The notes below the pieces were generated by a model, which saw only the letters and a list, made by a program, of their open reading frames with translations, did not search any database and was not told where the DNA came from. A DNA stretch of 64,000 nucleotides from an uncultured Haloferula sp. (GTDB lineage Bacteria; Verrucomicrobiota; Verrucomicrobiia; Verrucomicrobiales; Akkermansiaceae): the NCBI GenBank assembly GCA_965652295.1, contig CBFGTS010000011.1, positions 64,001 through 128,000 of the forward strand, written 5' to 3'. Numbering within the stretch: the stretch's first letter is position 1; every line of letters begins with the position of its first letter. Both the position numbers and the translations under genes were made by a program. This document shows positions 19,086-27,586 of this stretch, piece by piece.

Positions 19086-20375
19086 ATGCCTGACGCACCG
19101 AAGCTTTTCCTGAGAAACGTGAGAATCGTGGACGAAGATCGCGGAGAGCCTTTTGAAGCGGATGTCTGCGTGGAAAACGGGCGCTACCAGGCGATCGGAC
19201 GCGGGGTTGAGGCCCCCGCCGGAGCCCGGGTGATCGAGGGGGGCGGGCGGTTGCTGATGCCGGCGATGTTCGACGCCCACGTCCACTTTCGCGAGCCGGG
19301 AGGCGAGGCCAAGGAAGACATCCGGAGCGGCAGCCAGGCGGCGATCAACGGCGGAGTGACCGGCGTGGTGATGATGCCGAACACCACGCCGTCGATCGAC
19401 TCCGGCGCGGTGGTCAAGATGGTCCTCGATAAGGCGGCCGCCGTTTCGCCGATCCGGGTGATGACCTCCGGCTGCGTGACGCTCGGCCGCCACGGCAAGG
19501 AACTCGCCGCCTTCGAGGCGATGCGGAACCTCGGCGTGACGATGCTCACCGACGACGGCGATACCACGGGCAACCCGGCGGTGCTCTACCGGGCGATGCT
19601 CTACGCGAAGGAGTTCGGCATGTTTTTCGCCAGTCACTGCGAAGTGCCCGAACTGGCCGGACCCCGCGCTCTGAACGATGGTGCGATGGCCTACCGCCTC
19701 GGCATCCAGGGCAGCCCGGCGTGTGCCGAGGAGATCATCATCGATCGCGACATCCGTCTGGCACACGCCACCGGCGCGCACATCCACATCCAGCACGTAT
19801 CCACGAAGCTCGGTATGGAGACGATTCGGTGGTGGAAGGAACGCGGCGATGTGAAGGTGACCGCCGAGGTCGCGCCGCACCACCTGATGTTCATCGATGA
19901 GGACATCGCCGACTTCGACACCCACTACAAGATGAACCCGCCGCTGCGCACGCGCGAGGACAACGAGGCCCTGCTCGCCGCGCTGAAGGACGGGGTTTTC
20001 GACCTCCTCGCGACCGACCACGCGCCGCACACGCCGTTCGAAAAGGCCCAGGATTTCACCGCCGCGCCGAACGGCATCACCGGTTTGGAAACGGCGGTCG
20101 TCTCGATGTTCGACCGCTTCATCGCCCGCGGCGAGCTGGGGTGGGACGTCCTGGTGAAACGCTACTCCGCCGAGCCACGGCGCATGATGGGCCTCGATGC
20201 CGTGCCGGTGAAAGAGGGCGGCGTGGCGGAGTTCCTGCTGTTCGACGAGCAGGCGGAAACGACCTTCTCGGCGGATTTCATGAAGTCCAAGGCCCGCAAC
20301 ACGCCCTTCCTCGACAAGACCCTCAAGGGCCGGATCGATCTGGTGGTGAGGGAAGGCGAGGTGCTGCTGGGTTGA
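19086..20375 (+). CDS. pyrC: Dihydroorotase (multifunctional-complex type)
   Basis: DAHVHFREPG, MPNT, AEVAPHHL, YKMNPPLR, ATDHAPH, NTPF. Confidence 0.92.
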   Translation: MPDAPKLFLRNVRIVDEDRGEPFEADVCVENGRYQAIGRGVEAPAGARVIEGGGRLLMPAMFDAHVHFREPGGEAKEDIRSGSQAAINGGVTGVVMMPNTTPSIDSGAVVKMVLDKAAAVSPIRVMTSGCVTLGRHGKELAAFEAMRNLGVTMLTDDGDTTGNPAVLYRAMLYAKEFGMFFASHCEVPELAGPRALNDGAMAYRLGIQGSPACAEEIIIDRDIRLAHATGAHIHIQHVSTKLGMETIRWWKERGDVKVTAEVAPHHLMFIDEDIADFDTHYKMNPPLRTREDNEALLAALKDGVFDLLATDHAPHTPFEKAQDFTAAPNGITGLETAVVSMFDRFIARGELGWDVLVKRYSAEPRRMMGLDAVPVKEGGVAEFLLFDEQAETTFSADFMKSKARNTPFLDKTLKGRIDLVVREGEVLLG

Positions 20376-20573
20376 ACGGGGCGGCAGAGCGGCTTCATGA
20401 CGCCAGCGCTGGGGACCTCTGATCTGACGGCGGCTGCAATGGCGGAGATCAAGGCGATGATGAGGCTGGAAACACAGATGCCAAATCAGTGGCGATAAGT
20501 GGGAGCTTGCTCCAGCGTGCGCAATGTTTTCGATGATAGATCTTTACGGGACGGTGAAACATCAGGTTTGCTG

Positions 20574-21182
20574 ATGGCGATGTTTTCACGATTCCTCATC
20601 ACGACGGGTATGGCGGGCTTGGCGGCAGCTGGCGCGCATGCGGCGACAACGGTGTACGATTTCGACGATCTGGCACTGGCAACCCACCAGAACAGCTTCA
20701 GTGAAGGAGGGTGGACCTTCGACACGGAGACATCGGGTTCCGGCCCGGTGAATCTGGCGGTGGAATCGGGAGTGGGTCGGCTCAGTAGCGGGCCGTCCGA
20801 CAAGATGGTGACCTTCGGCTTTCCGGCAGAGGCTGGCAGTCCGATCACCATGGTGCTGATCCGCCCGACGAACGATGAGCCGTTCAAGCTGGAGTCGCTC
20901 TGGGTCGGAGATGGTTTCGGCAATGCCAATCTGCGATTCGAGGCCTATCTTAACGGCAGTGCGGTAGGCGTGGCGGCGGTGGATGTGAACATCTTCAATA
21001 CCTCCACTCAGGTGACGTTCACCGGATGGGATCAGTTGGACGAGATCCGCGTCTCGAACTCGAGCGGCTCGCCGGACCTGAATTTCGAGATCGATGATCT
21101 CGCCGTGGCTCCTGTGCCAGAGCCGGGCCTTCCTCTGCTGGTGGCTGCGGGAGCGCTCCAGGTGTTCCGTCGTCGGCGTTGA
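20574..21182 (+). CDS. PEP-CTERM sorted surface protein
   Basis: Signal peptide ending AHA; C-terminal VPEPGLPLLVAAGALQVFRRRR. Start could also be 20580. Confidence 0.85.
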   Translation: MAMFSRFLITTGMAGLAAAGAHAATTVYDFDDLALATHQNSFSEGGWTFDTETSGSGPVNLAVESGVGRLSSGPSDKMVTFGFPAEAGSPITMVLIRPTNDEPFKLESLWVGDGFGNANLRFEAYLNGSAVGVAAVDVNIFNTSTQVTFTGWDQLDEIRVSNSSGSPDLNFEIDDLAVAPVPEPGLPLLVAAGALQVFRRRR

Positions 21183-21204
21183 GGCGGCTAGGGGCCGCCC
21201 TTTT
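21183..21204 (+). terminator. Putative Rho-independent terminator
   Basis: GGCGGC/GCCGCC stem followed by CTTTT just after the stop. Confidence 0.45.
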
Positions 21205-21434
21205 GGGAACGGAAGACATCTGCGTCCTTGGTTCGGGAAGGAGGTAGTTCAGGTGCGTTGCCCCTCCCGATCTGGTGCCATCGCCTTGTCACCGGCGGTT
21301 CCGACGGCTGGCCCGGCTGCACTGCCGATCCCGGACGACGTTCTCCCGTGCGGGTTCTTCGCCTCGTTCAGCAGGGCTCGAGCGTGCCATGGCCGGGCCG
21401 CGGCGCGGCGTCCGTGTCAGTCGGGAAGCCGGTA

Positions 21435-21496
21435 GGCGGCGAGCGGGAATTCAACTTGCAGGCGTATCGCCAGTTGCATCCCACTACTTGTTCGGC
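21435..21496 (-). repeat. attC left half (truncated) of the HAD cassette
   Basis: Minus strand GCCGAAC-AAGTAGT-GGGATGCAACTGGCG...; GCCGAAC complements the cassette start GTTCGGC. No right arm or R' box found. Confidence 0.55.
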
Positions 21497-22137
21497 ACCT
21501 TGTTTAGGAGCGCGACTAAATCGCTGGGAGCCGCCGCACAAGCGTAGGCACTCGCCGCCTCCAATTCCTCCCGGGTCCCATAGCCCCACAACACTCCGAG
21601 ACCAGCCACACCATTTTGGTGCGCACCAAGCATGTCGTGCTCGCGATCTCCGATCATGACCACACGACTCGGGTCGATCTCTTCTCGCTTCAGGATGTGG
21701 GCAATCAGTAGCGTCTTATCGCTCCGCGTTCCGTCGAACTCGCTGCCATCGACCGTATGAAAATATCTCCTTAATCCAAAGTACTGTATGATCCGTTCCG
21801 CAAAGACGGTCGGCTTCGAAGTTGCTACGCTTAGCCTGTAACCGCAATTCTGTAGCTCATCCAATGTTCGCTCAATCCCGGGGTATACGTTATTCTCGAA
21901 AAGTCCCACCGAACCAAACCGCTCGCGATACCTTGCCAACGCTTCATCGGCGAGGTGTTCATACAGTGGCCCGAGAAGGGTGAGCAGACTGCTCTTGAGT
22001 GGAGGTCCGATACACCAGCGGAGGCTCTCGGCGGACGGCAGCGGCTGTCCGAGGCTGGTGAGGGCGTGCTGGATACACTTGGTGATGCCGGGGAAGGGAT
22101 CTGTGAGTGTCCCGTCGAGATCGAATAGTAGATGCAT
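21484..22137 (-). CDS. HAD-IA family hydrolase (phosphoglycolate phosphatase/nucleotidase-like), cassette 3
   Basis: LLFDLDGTLTD, VATSK, MIGDREHD, GVLWGYG. ATG lies 9 nt after the GTTCGGC box. Confidence 0.9.
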   Translation of the reverse strand: MHLLFDLDGTLTDPFPGITKCIQHALTSLGQPLPSAESLRWCIGPPLKSSLLTLLGPLYEHLADEALARYRERFGSVGLFENNVYPGIERTLDELQNCGYRLSVATSKPTVFAERIIQYFGLRRYFHTVDGSEFDGTRSDKTLLIAHILKREEIDPSRVVMIGDREHDMLGAHQNGVAGLGVLWGYGTREELEAASAYACAAAPSDLVALLNKVPNK

Positions 22138-22146
22138 GATTCTTTT

Positions 22147-22232
22147 GCCGAACGTCGAGTCCTCCGAGACTTGGCGTTGCATTTCACTTTTGAAGTGAAG
22201 CTTCTGATTTTGATTAGCGGCCATAGTTCTGA
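22147..22232 (-). repeat. Degenerate attC (right arm and R' retained)
   Basis: Minus strand ...GTCTCGGAGGACTCGAC-GTTCGGC. Possible R'' TCAGAAC only partly complements the cassette-2 start GTTCTCC, and the arms pair poorly. Confidence 0.45.
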
Positions 22233-22471
22233 ACTGCCTCAGTCATCAGCGCATCCAGAACCTTCTTGTCGGCATGTGCGATGCCAGGCAAAGCTCGTGT
22301 GCCATTCGAAATCACGAACAAATTGCCGGACGGCTGCACAGAATAATTCTGGGAAAAGTCCCAACCATCGAAAGCTTCAGATACCTGAACTGCCTTGATA
22401 AAGCTCTTGGACAGCGATCTGACTGCCGATTGCTGTTCCGCGGTGAGTCGGTTCCATGTTCCCTCGTCCAT
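22214..22471 (-). CDS. Hypothetical protein (85 aa), second ORF of cassette 2
   Basis: ATG 8 nt after the previous stop; low-GC sequence; no recognisable motif. Confidence 0.55.
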   Translation of the reverse strand: MDEGTWNRLTAEQQSAVRSLSKSFIKAVQVSEAFDGWDFSQNYSVQPSGNLFVISNGTRALPGIAHADKKVLDALMTEAVQNYGR

Positions 22472-22479
22472 AGTTCAAT

Positions 22480-22713
22480 TTATTCGTAAATCTTGGCCGC
22501 TTGTAATGCGTCAGCGAAAAGCTGCCAACTTGCAATCTCAGGATTGAGGCTTGAGCCTGTGTTCGTGTAATACCCATCGCAATCGCCGAGCCAACCGCTT
22601 AGTGATTTAAGAAACGACCCGAGACCGCAATTTTCCCACTTCGATGTGTCTTCGGTGGATAACTCCGCGATTAGAGCAATCAGCTCGTCTCGTGTGTTGA
22701 TCTGTCGCTGCAT
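22480..22713 (-). CDS. Small hypothetical protein (DUF7660-like from memory), first ORF of cassette 2
   Basis: WENCGLGSFLKSLSGWLGD...SWQLFADALQAAKIYE pattern. ATG 6 nt after the GTTCTCC box. Confidence 0.65.
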   Translation of the reverse strand: MQRQINTRDELIALIAELSTEDTSKWENCGLGSFLKSLSGWLGDCDGYYTNTGSSLNPEIASWQLFADALQAAKIYE

Positions 22714-22719
22714 TTTCTT

Positions 22720-22844
22720 GGAGAACGTCAAAGGCCTGACACCCGCTACCGGGAGGCAGGCTTCGACTCAGGTTGAGGGTTATGGCTACCATCCAGCTTC
22801 GACTCGGAGGCGGTAGCGGGTTGTCCAGCGCCGTCTTGTTCGCT
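22720..22844 (-). repeat. attC recombination site (125 bp), cassette 1
   Basis: R'' AGCGAAC (22838-22844) and R' GTTCTCC (22720-22726). Arms 22736-22751 CTGACACCCGCTACCG and 22811-22828 CGGTAGCGGGTTGTCCAG pair with two extrahelical bases. Confidence 0.85.
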
Positions 22845-23603
22845 GTTAGTTGCAGGGATGAAGCGGTCTCCATTGTAGGCATATTCTGCCCAGACATACC
22901 TCTCTCCCGGATCCATGAAATTCTCTCTTCCGGTGACTTTAACTGTATTTCCCTTCTGCGGAAGCTCATAGGTCAACCAGATTGACTTCTTTTGTGTGGG
23001 CTGGTTAAGGTGCGCCTTGTAGTGATTGCGGTAGCGGTCGAGGATGCGATCGACGGACAATTCGGGCAATATCGAGTCCGGAATCCGCATCAACGAACCT
23101 CCTTCGGCGAAAGCTCCACCACGATATTGCCAGAATTCGGGTCGATTCATGGATATCGACCAAAGGCCTAGGGGGCCATTCTCCTTGGCAACAAAGAGCC
23201 TCTGGGTGCCGGCTTGGTGGCTGACCGCGACAAGCGGGTTGTCTTCGTTCCCAAATATCCGGATTGTGACTGAAAAGGCTCCTGCGTCGCAGGAGGGTAT
23301 CGTGTATTCAGCATTTAGATATTTGTCGCTCAGGGTGGCACGATTGATAAACGTGATCCTGCGCTCGGTCTCATGTGCGATGTTCGTAAAATACCTGCCG
23401 GAAAGTAGCAGGTAATAGTCCAAGGCAACCTTGGGAGGATCAGATCGCTTGGCCAACAGCGCCTCTTCGTCATCCGTCAATGTGACAGGGAGCCACTTCC
23501 ATGAAGAGGTCTCGTGACCGGGGTTGTCGAATGTGACCTGGCGCTCTTCGGACCACGCCATGCCCTGTAGAAGTGCAATTAGGATGAATAGTGTAGTTTT
23601 CAT
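22746..23603 (-). CDS. Secreted hypothetical protein, cassette 1 (C-terminus reads through attC)
   Basis: Signal peptide MKTTLFILIALLQGMAWS. The tail SEQDGAGQPATASESKLDGSHNPQPESKPASR is encoded by the attC. Confidence 0.8.
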   Translation of the reverse strand: MKTTLFILIALLQGMAWSEERQVTFDNPGHETSSWKWLPVTLTDDEEALLAKRSDPPKVALDYYLLLSGRYFTNIAHETERRITFINRATLSDKYLNAEYTIPSCDAGAFSVTIRIFGNEDNPLVAVSHQAGTQRLFVAKENGPLGLWSISMNRPEFWQYRGGAFAEGGSLMRIPDSILPELSVDRILDRYRNHYKAHLNQPTQKKSIWLTYELPQKGNTVKVTGRENFMDPGERYVWAEYAYNGDRFIPATNSEQDGAGQPATASESKLDGSHNPQPESKPASR

Positions 23604-23609
23604 TTTTTG

Positions 23610-23631
23610 AGCGAACAGTTTTTATTAGTAG
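23610..23631 (-). other. attI-like integron recombination site
   Basis: Minus strand CTACTAATAAAAACT-GTTCGCT: an A-rich tract before GTT as in known attI cores, with no attC hairpin upstream. GTTCGCT complements R'' of attC1. Confidence 0.65.
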
Positions 23632-24166
23632 GGTCGAGGATGGTTATATCCAGCGATCCTTTTTGAGGAGGGTGGCCTGGAATCCTTGATTTTACAAGGA
23701 TTTTTGCGGTCTGGGTGCGTATATCGGCCGAGGTAGAAGTGCGTTTCGAGGGGGCGGAGGGGGGTGGCGATATGGGCGGTCTTCCACCGGTGGTGGGTCG
23801 TGGGGGGCGGAGCCGGGCAATGGCTATCGTCGCAGCGCGACCCATCTCGGGATCGAGCGTGCTGGGAGATCCTTTTGAAGCCACTATCCCTCGCCACTTT
23901 TTCCTTTTTCCTCATCACTCGCGACTTCTGCCAGGCGCTCGCCCAACCCTTTCCCGGACTTGATCGCCCTGCTCCGTTGCCTCCGTCATCTCCGTTGCTC
24001 CGTGCCGGAGAGAAAAGCCCACTCGCGCAACTCCTGGCTAATCTGGCGGAGAGCCTTTCTTTCTTCATGCGCGGATCTCACGCGGATCTTGCGGGGTGAA
24101 TCGATGGGGTGGCGCGGGTGCACTGTGGGTGGAGAAGAGGGTCGTTCGGGTTTTGGAGGAAGGTGG

Positions 24167-24322
24167 AGAGGTGGCGGGCTGCTGGGGTGCACAGGCAAGA
24201 TGCCTGTGCTCCTTTTGGGCGCGTCTCGATTTCATCATTGGCGTTCCGTGGCTCCGAGACGGAGAAGCTCCTGCCAGAGGTGGCGGGCTGCTGGGGTTGT
24301 GGGACGGGGGCGTCCCACCTCC
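24167..24322. repeat. Two 22-bp direct repeats, each followed by a GGAG-type REP-like hairpin
   Basis: AGAGGTGGCGGGCTGCTGGGGT at 24167 and 24276. Hairpins GCACAGGCA-AGA-TGCCTGTGC and GTGGGACG-GGGG-CGTCCCAC, each ending in CTCC. Confidence 0.65.
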
Positions 24323-24384
24323 TACTCTGGTGCTTTCCGGTTGCTTCACGGGAGCTCTGGGGTCATGAAGCCGTGCGCCCTACG

Positions 24385-26061
24385 ATGTCCGAAACCACCA
24401 GCTCCAAGTCCGATTTCATCCGCGATATCATCGCCGCCGACCTGGCGGGCGGGAAGCATTCGACGACGATCACCCGCTTTCCCCCGGAACCCAACGGCTA
24501 CCTGCACATCGGCCACGCGAAGGCGATCTGCCTGAATTTCGGGATCGCCCTCGAAAACGCAGGGACCGGGGCCGAGTGCCACCTGCGCTTCGACGACACG
24601 AACCCGTCCAAGGAGGAGACGGAATACGTCGAGAGCATCAAGGAGGACGTCGCCTGGCTGGGCTTCGACTGGGGCAGGCACCTTTATTTCGCGTCCGATT
24701 ACTTCGAGTATTTCCACGACTGCGCGGTGGCGCTGATCGAGAAAGGCCTCGCCTACGTGGACGAGCAGACGCCCGAGGAAATCAAGGCGGCCCGGGGAAA
24801 CCTCACCGAACCGGGGACGCCCTCGCCTTTCCGTGACCGGACGGTGGAGGAGAACCTCGACCTGTTCCGCCGGATGCGGGCGGGGGAGTTCAAGGAGGGC
24901 GAGGCGGTGCTGCGGGCGAAGATCGACATGGCGGCGCCGAACGTGGTGATGCGCGATCCGGTGATCTACCGGGTGATGCACGCCTCCCATCACAACACCG
25001 GCGATGCGTGGTGCATTTACCCGATGTATGATTTCGCGCACCCGCTGGAGGACGCCAAGGAGCACATCACGCACTCGCTGTGCACGCTGGAATTCGAGAT
25101 CCACCGGCCGTTCTACGACTGGGTGATCGAGCACTGCCCGGTGCCGGCGAAGCCCCGCCAGATCGAGTTCGCGCGGCTGAACCTGAGCTACACGATCATG
25201 AGCAAGCGCAAGCTGCTGCAGCTCGTGAAGGAAGGCCACGTCGGCGGCTGGGACGACCCGCGGATGCCCACGATCAGCGGTCTGCGCCGCCGCGGGGTGC
25301 CGCCGCAGGCGATCCGGAACTTCTGTGAACGGATCGGGATCACCAAGTTCAACGGCGTGACCGATGTCGCCCTGCTTGAGTTCGAGATCCGGGATTACCT
25401 CAACAAGGAAGCCCCGCGCCGCATGGCGGTGCTGGATCCGGTGAAGCTGGTGCTGACGAACTACGAGGAAGGTCGTAGCGAGGAGGTCGAGGTGCCCAAC
25501 AACCCGGAGAAGCCGGAGGAGGGGAGCCGGAAAGTGACGCTCACCCGCGAGCTGTGGATCGAGCGCGAGGACTTCATGGAAGAGCCGCCGAAGAAGTTCT
25601 TCCGTCTCTTTCCCGGCGGCTACGTGCGGCTGCGGGGCGGTTACATCATCCACTGCACCGGCTTGGAGAAGGATGCGTCCGGGAAGATCACGGAAATCCA
25701 CTGCGAGTTCCTGCCGGATACGATCGGCAAGGACGCGCCGGAGGGCGTGAAATGCAAGGCGGCGATCCACTGGGTTTCCGCGGAGCATGGCGTGGCGGCG
25801 GAGGTCCGTCTCTACGACCGCCTGTTCACCGTGCCGAATCCCGACGCGGCCGAGGGCGGTTTCGTTTCCGTGCTCAACGCCGACTCGCTGCAAAGCGTCC
25901 AGGCGTGGGTCGAGCCTTCGCTGGCGGATGCGGAACCGGAGCAGATCGTGCAGTTCGAGCGGATCGGCTACTTTGTCGCCGACCGCCACGACCACGTCCG
26001 CGGCTCGCGGGCGGTGTTCAATCGCACCGTCGCCTTGCGGGATTCCTGGACGAAGAAGTGA
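24385..26061 (+). CDS. glnS: Glutamine--tRNA ligase
   Basis: [47 protein letters not shown]. Confidence 0.96.
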   Translation: MSETTSSKSDFIRDIIAADLAGGKHSTTITRFPPEPNGYLHIGHAKAICLNFGIALENAGTGAECHLRFDDTNPSKEETEYVESIKEDVAWLGFDWGRHLYFASDYFEYFHDCAVALIEKGLAYVDEQTPEEIKAARGNLTEPGTPSPFRDRTVEENLDLFRRMRAGEFKEGEAVLRAKIDMAAPNVVMRDPVIYRVMHASHHNTGDAWCIYPMYDFAHPLEDAKEHITHSLCTLEFEIHRPFYDWVIEHCPVPAKPRQIEFARLNLSYTIMSKRKLLQLVKEGHVGGWDDPRMPTISGLRRRGVPPQAIRNFCERIGITKFNGVTDVALLEFEIRDYLNKEAPRRMAVLDPVKLVLTNYEEGRSEEVEVPNNPEKPEEGSRKVTLTRELWIEREDFMEEPPKKFFRLFPGGYVRLRGGYIIHCTGLEKDASGKITEIHCEFLPDTIGKDAPEGVKCKAAIHWVSAEHGVAAEVRLYDRLFTVPNPDAAEGGFVSVLNADSLQSVQAWVEPSLADAEPEQIVQFERIGYFVADRHDHVRGSRAVFNRTVALRDSWTKK

Positions 26062-26098
26062 TCAGGCGCGGTGCCCTGCCGGGACACGGCCTGCCGCT

Positions 26099-27502
26099 TC
26101 ACGCGTGGTGAAGGATGATCGAGTTGGCGGCGATGTGATCGGAGAGGATATCCGAGACGATGACCAAGGGGGTGCCGGGGGTGATGTGGCCGCACTCGAT
26201 GAGGAGGGCGGCGGCGCGCTTGATGGTTTCATCGATCGAGGCGGCGAACGGTAGGCGCAGCGCGGTGACGTTGCGGCTGACGGCGAGCTGGCGGCAGACG
26301 ACCTCGCTGGGGGTGAAGGCGTAGAAGTCGGTGGTGCGGGGCCGCAGCATGGCGGTGTGGTTGGCGAGGACGCCGCGGCGGGTGAGCACGACGAGGCGGG
26401 CGTCCGGCATGGAATCGACCAGGGTGACGGCGGCCTTGGCGGTCTTCTGTCTTTCCTCGCGGAGCAGGACGCCTTGCCCGTATCCCATGCCGCCGGAGCG
26501 CTCGATGCGCGAGGCGATGCGGATCAGGGCATCGACGCAGCGCAGCGGGTGCTTTCCGACGCTGGTTTCCCCGGAGAGCATCAGGGCATCGGCTTCTTCA
26601 TAGACGGCGTTGGAGCAATCCGTGACTTCGGCGCGGGTGGGGGTGGGGTTCTGGATCATGGACTCCAGAAGCTGGGTGGCGACGATGACCCGGCGGCTGA
26701 GTTCGTGGCAGCGTTTGACGATGCGGCGCTGGAGGATGGGGAGTTCCTCGAAGGCGACTTCGATGCCGAGGTCGCCGCGGGCGATCATGATCACGTCGGA
26801 CGCCTGGATGATGGCGTCGATGTTGCGAACGGCCTCCTGGTCCTCGATCTTGGCCACTACCTGGGCGGTGCCTTCGAGGGCCTCGATCGCACGGCGGATT
26901 TCGTGGACGTGGGCGGAATCGCGGACGAAGGAACCGGCGATGTAGTCGGCGTCGCACTCGATGGCGAGGGCGAGGTCGTGGTGATCTTTCTCGGTCATCG
27001 CCGGCAGGTTGAGGCGGGTGCCGGGGAGGTTGATGTGGCGGCGGGAGCCGAGTTCGCCGGCGTTCTTGCACTCGCAGATGATGCGGTCGTCCTGGCGCGA
27101 CTGGATCTGCATGAGGAGCGTGCCGTTATCGACGACCAGGGTGCTGCCCTCCGAGACGTCATCCATCATGCCGCCGTAGTTGACGGTGGTGGAAATGGGA
27201 ATGGTCGGCTGGGTGCCCTCGCGGCGGAACTCGACGAGGTCGCCGATGGCGAGCTGGTAGGCTTTCGCCACCTCGCCGGTGCGGATCGAGGGGCCGGTGA
27301 GATCGAAGAGCACCGCGACGTGGATCTCGCGATGGGCGGCCTGACGGCGCACGAGCCGCGTCATTTCACGGGCCCAGGCGTGTTTCGCGTGGCTCATGTT
27401 GAGGCGGAACACATTGGCTCCGAGGTCCATGAGCTTGCCGATGGTTTCTTCCGATTCCGTGGCGGGCCCGAGGGTGACGATGATCTTGGTGCGGCGTGAC
27501 AT
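26099..27502 (-). CDS. pyk: Pyruvate kinase
   Basis: RRTKIIVTLGPAT, FRLNMSH, AKIE, MIARGDLGIE, ATQLLESM, MLSGETSVG. Confidence 0.96.
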   Translation of the reverse strand: MSRRTKIIVTLGPATESEETIGKLMDLGANVFRLNMSHAKHAWAREMTRLVRRQAAHREIHVAVLFDLTGPSIRTGEVAKAYQLAIGDLVEFRREGTQPTIPISTTVNYGGMMDDVSEGSTLVVDNGTLLMQIQSRQDDRIICECKNAGELGSRRHINLPGTRLNLPAMTEKDHHDLALAIECDADYIAGSFVRDSAHVHEIRRAIEALEGTAQVVAKIEDQEAVRNIDAIIQASDVIMIARGDLGIEVAFEELPILQRRIVKRCHELSRRVIVATQLLESMIQNPTPTRAEVTDCSNAVYEEADALMLSGETSVGKHPLRCVDALIRIASRIERSGGMGYGQGVLLREERQKTAKAAVTLVDSMPDARLVVLTRRGVLANHTAMLRPRTTDFYAFTPSEVVCRQLAVSRNVTALRLPFAASIDETIKRAAALLIECGHITPGTPLVIVSDILSDHIAANSIILHHA

Positions 27503-27586
27503 GAGGTGAGGCAGGGAAAGCATTTCTTCGGCCATCGCGGGGGTCGAGATCGAAGTGGCCAGGGTGACGAAAGGGTTGCTCAAGCG

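Larger units (their letters stand above)
21435..23631 (-). mobile_element. Integron-type gene cassette array (attI-like site plus 3 cassettes) with no adjacent integrase
   Basis: Visibly lower GC than the flanks, co-oriented small ORFs, each cassette starting with a GTT box a few bases before ATG. R'' boxes are complementary to the cassette-start boxes for cassettes 1 and 3. One full attC. Confidence 0.8.

Noticed and set aside
21337..21346. GACGTTCTCC R'-like box on the plus strand near the array end
   Set aside because: Opposite orientation to the array, with no partner R'' or arms; probably chance.
24167..24297. 22-bp direct repeats as a mini-CRISPR
   Set aside because: Only two copies, an 87-bp spacer, non-palindromic repeat and no cas genes.
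23640..24380. Possible integron integrase or remnant; ORFs 23625-24068, 23764-24099, 23960-24535
   Set aside because: No tyrosine-recombinase motifs (R...HxxR...Y) visible in the listed frames, and the translations look non-coding. A heavily decayed remnant cannot be excluded without tblastn.
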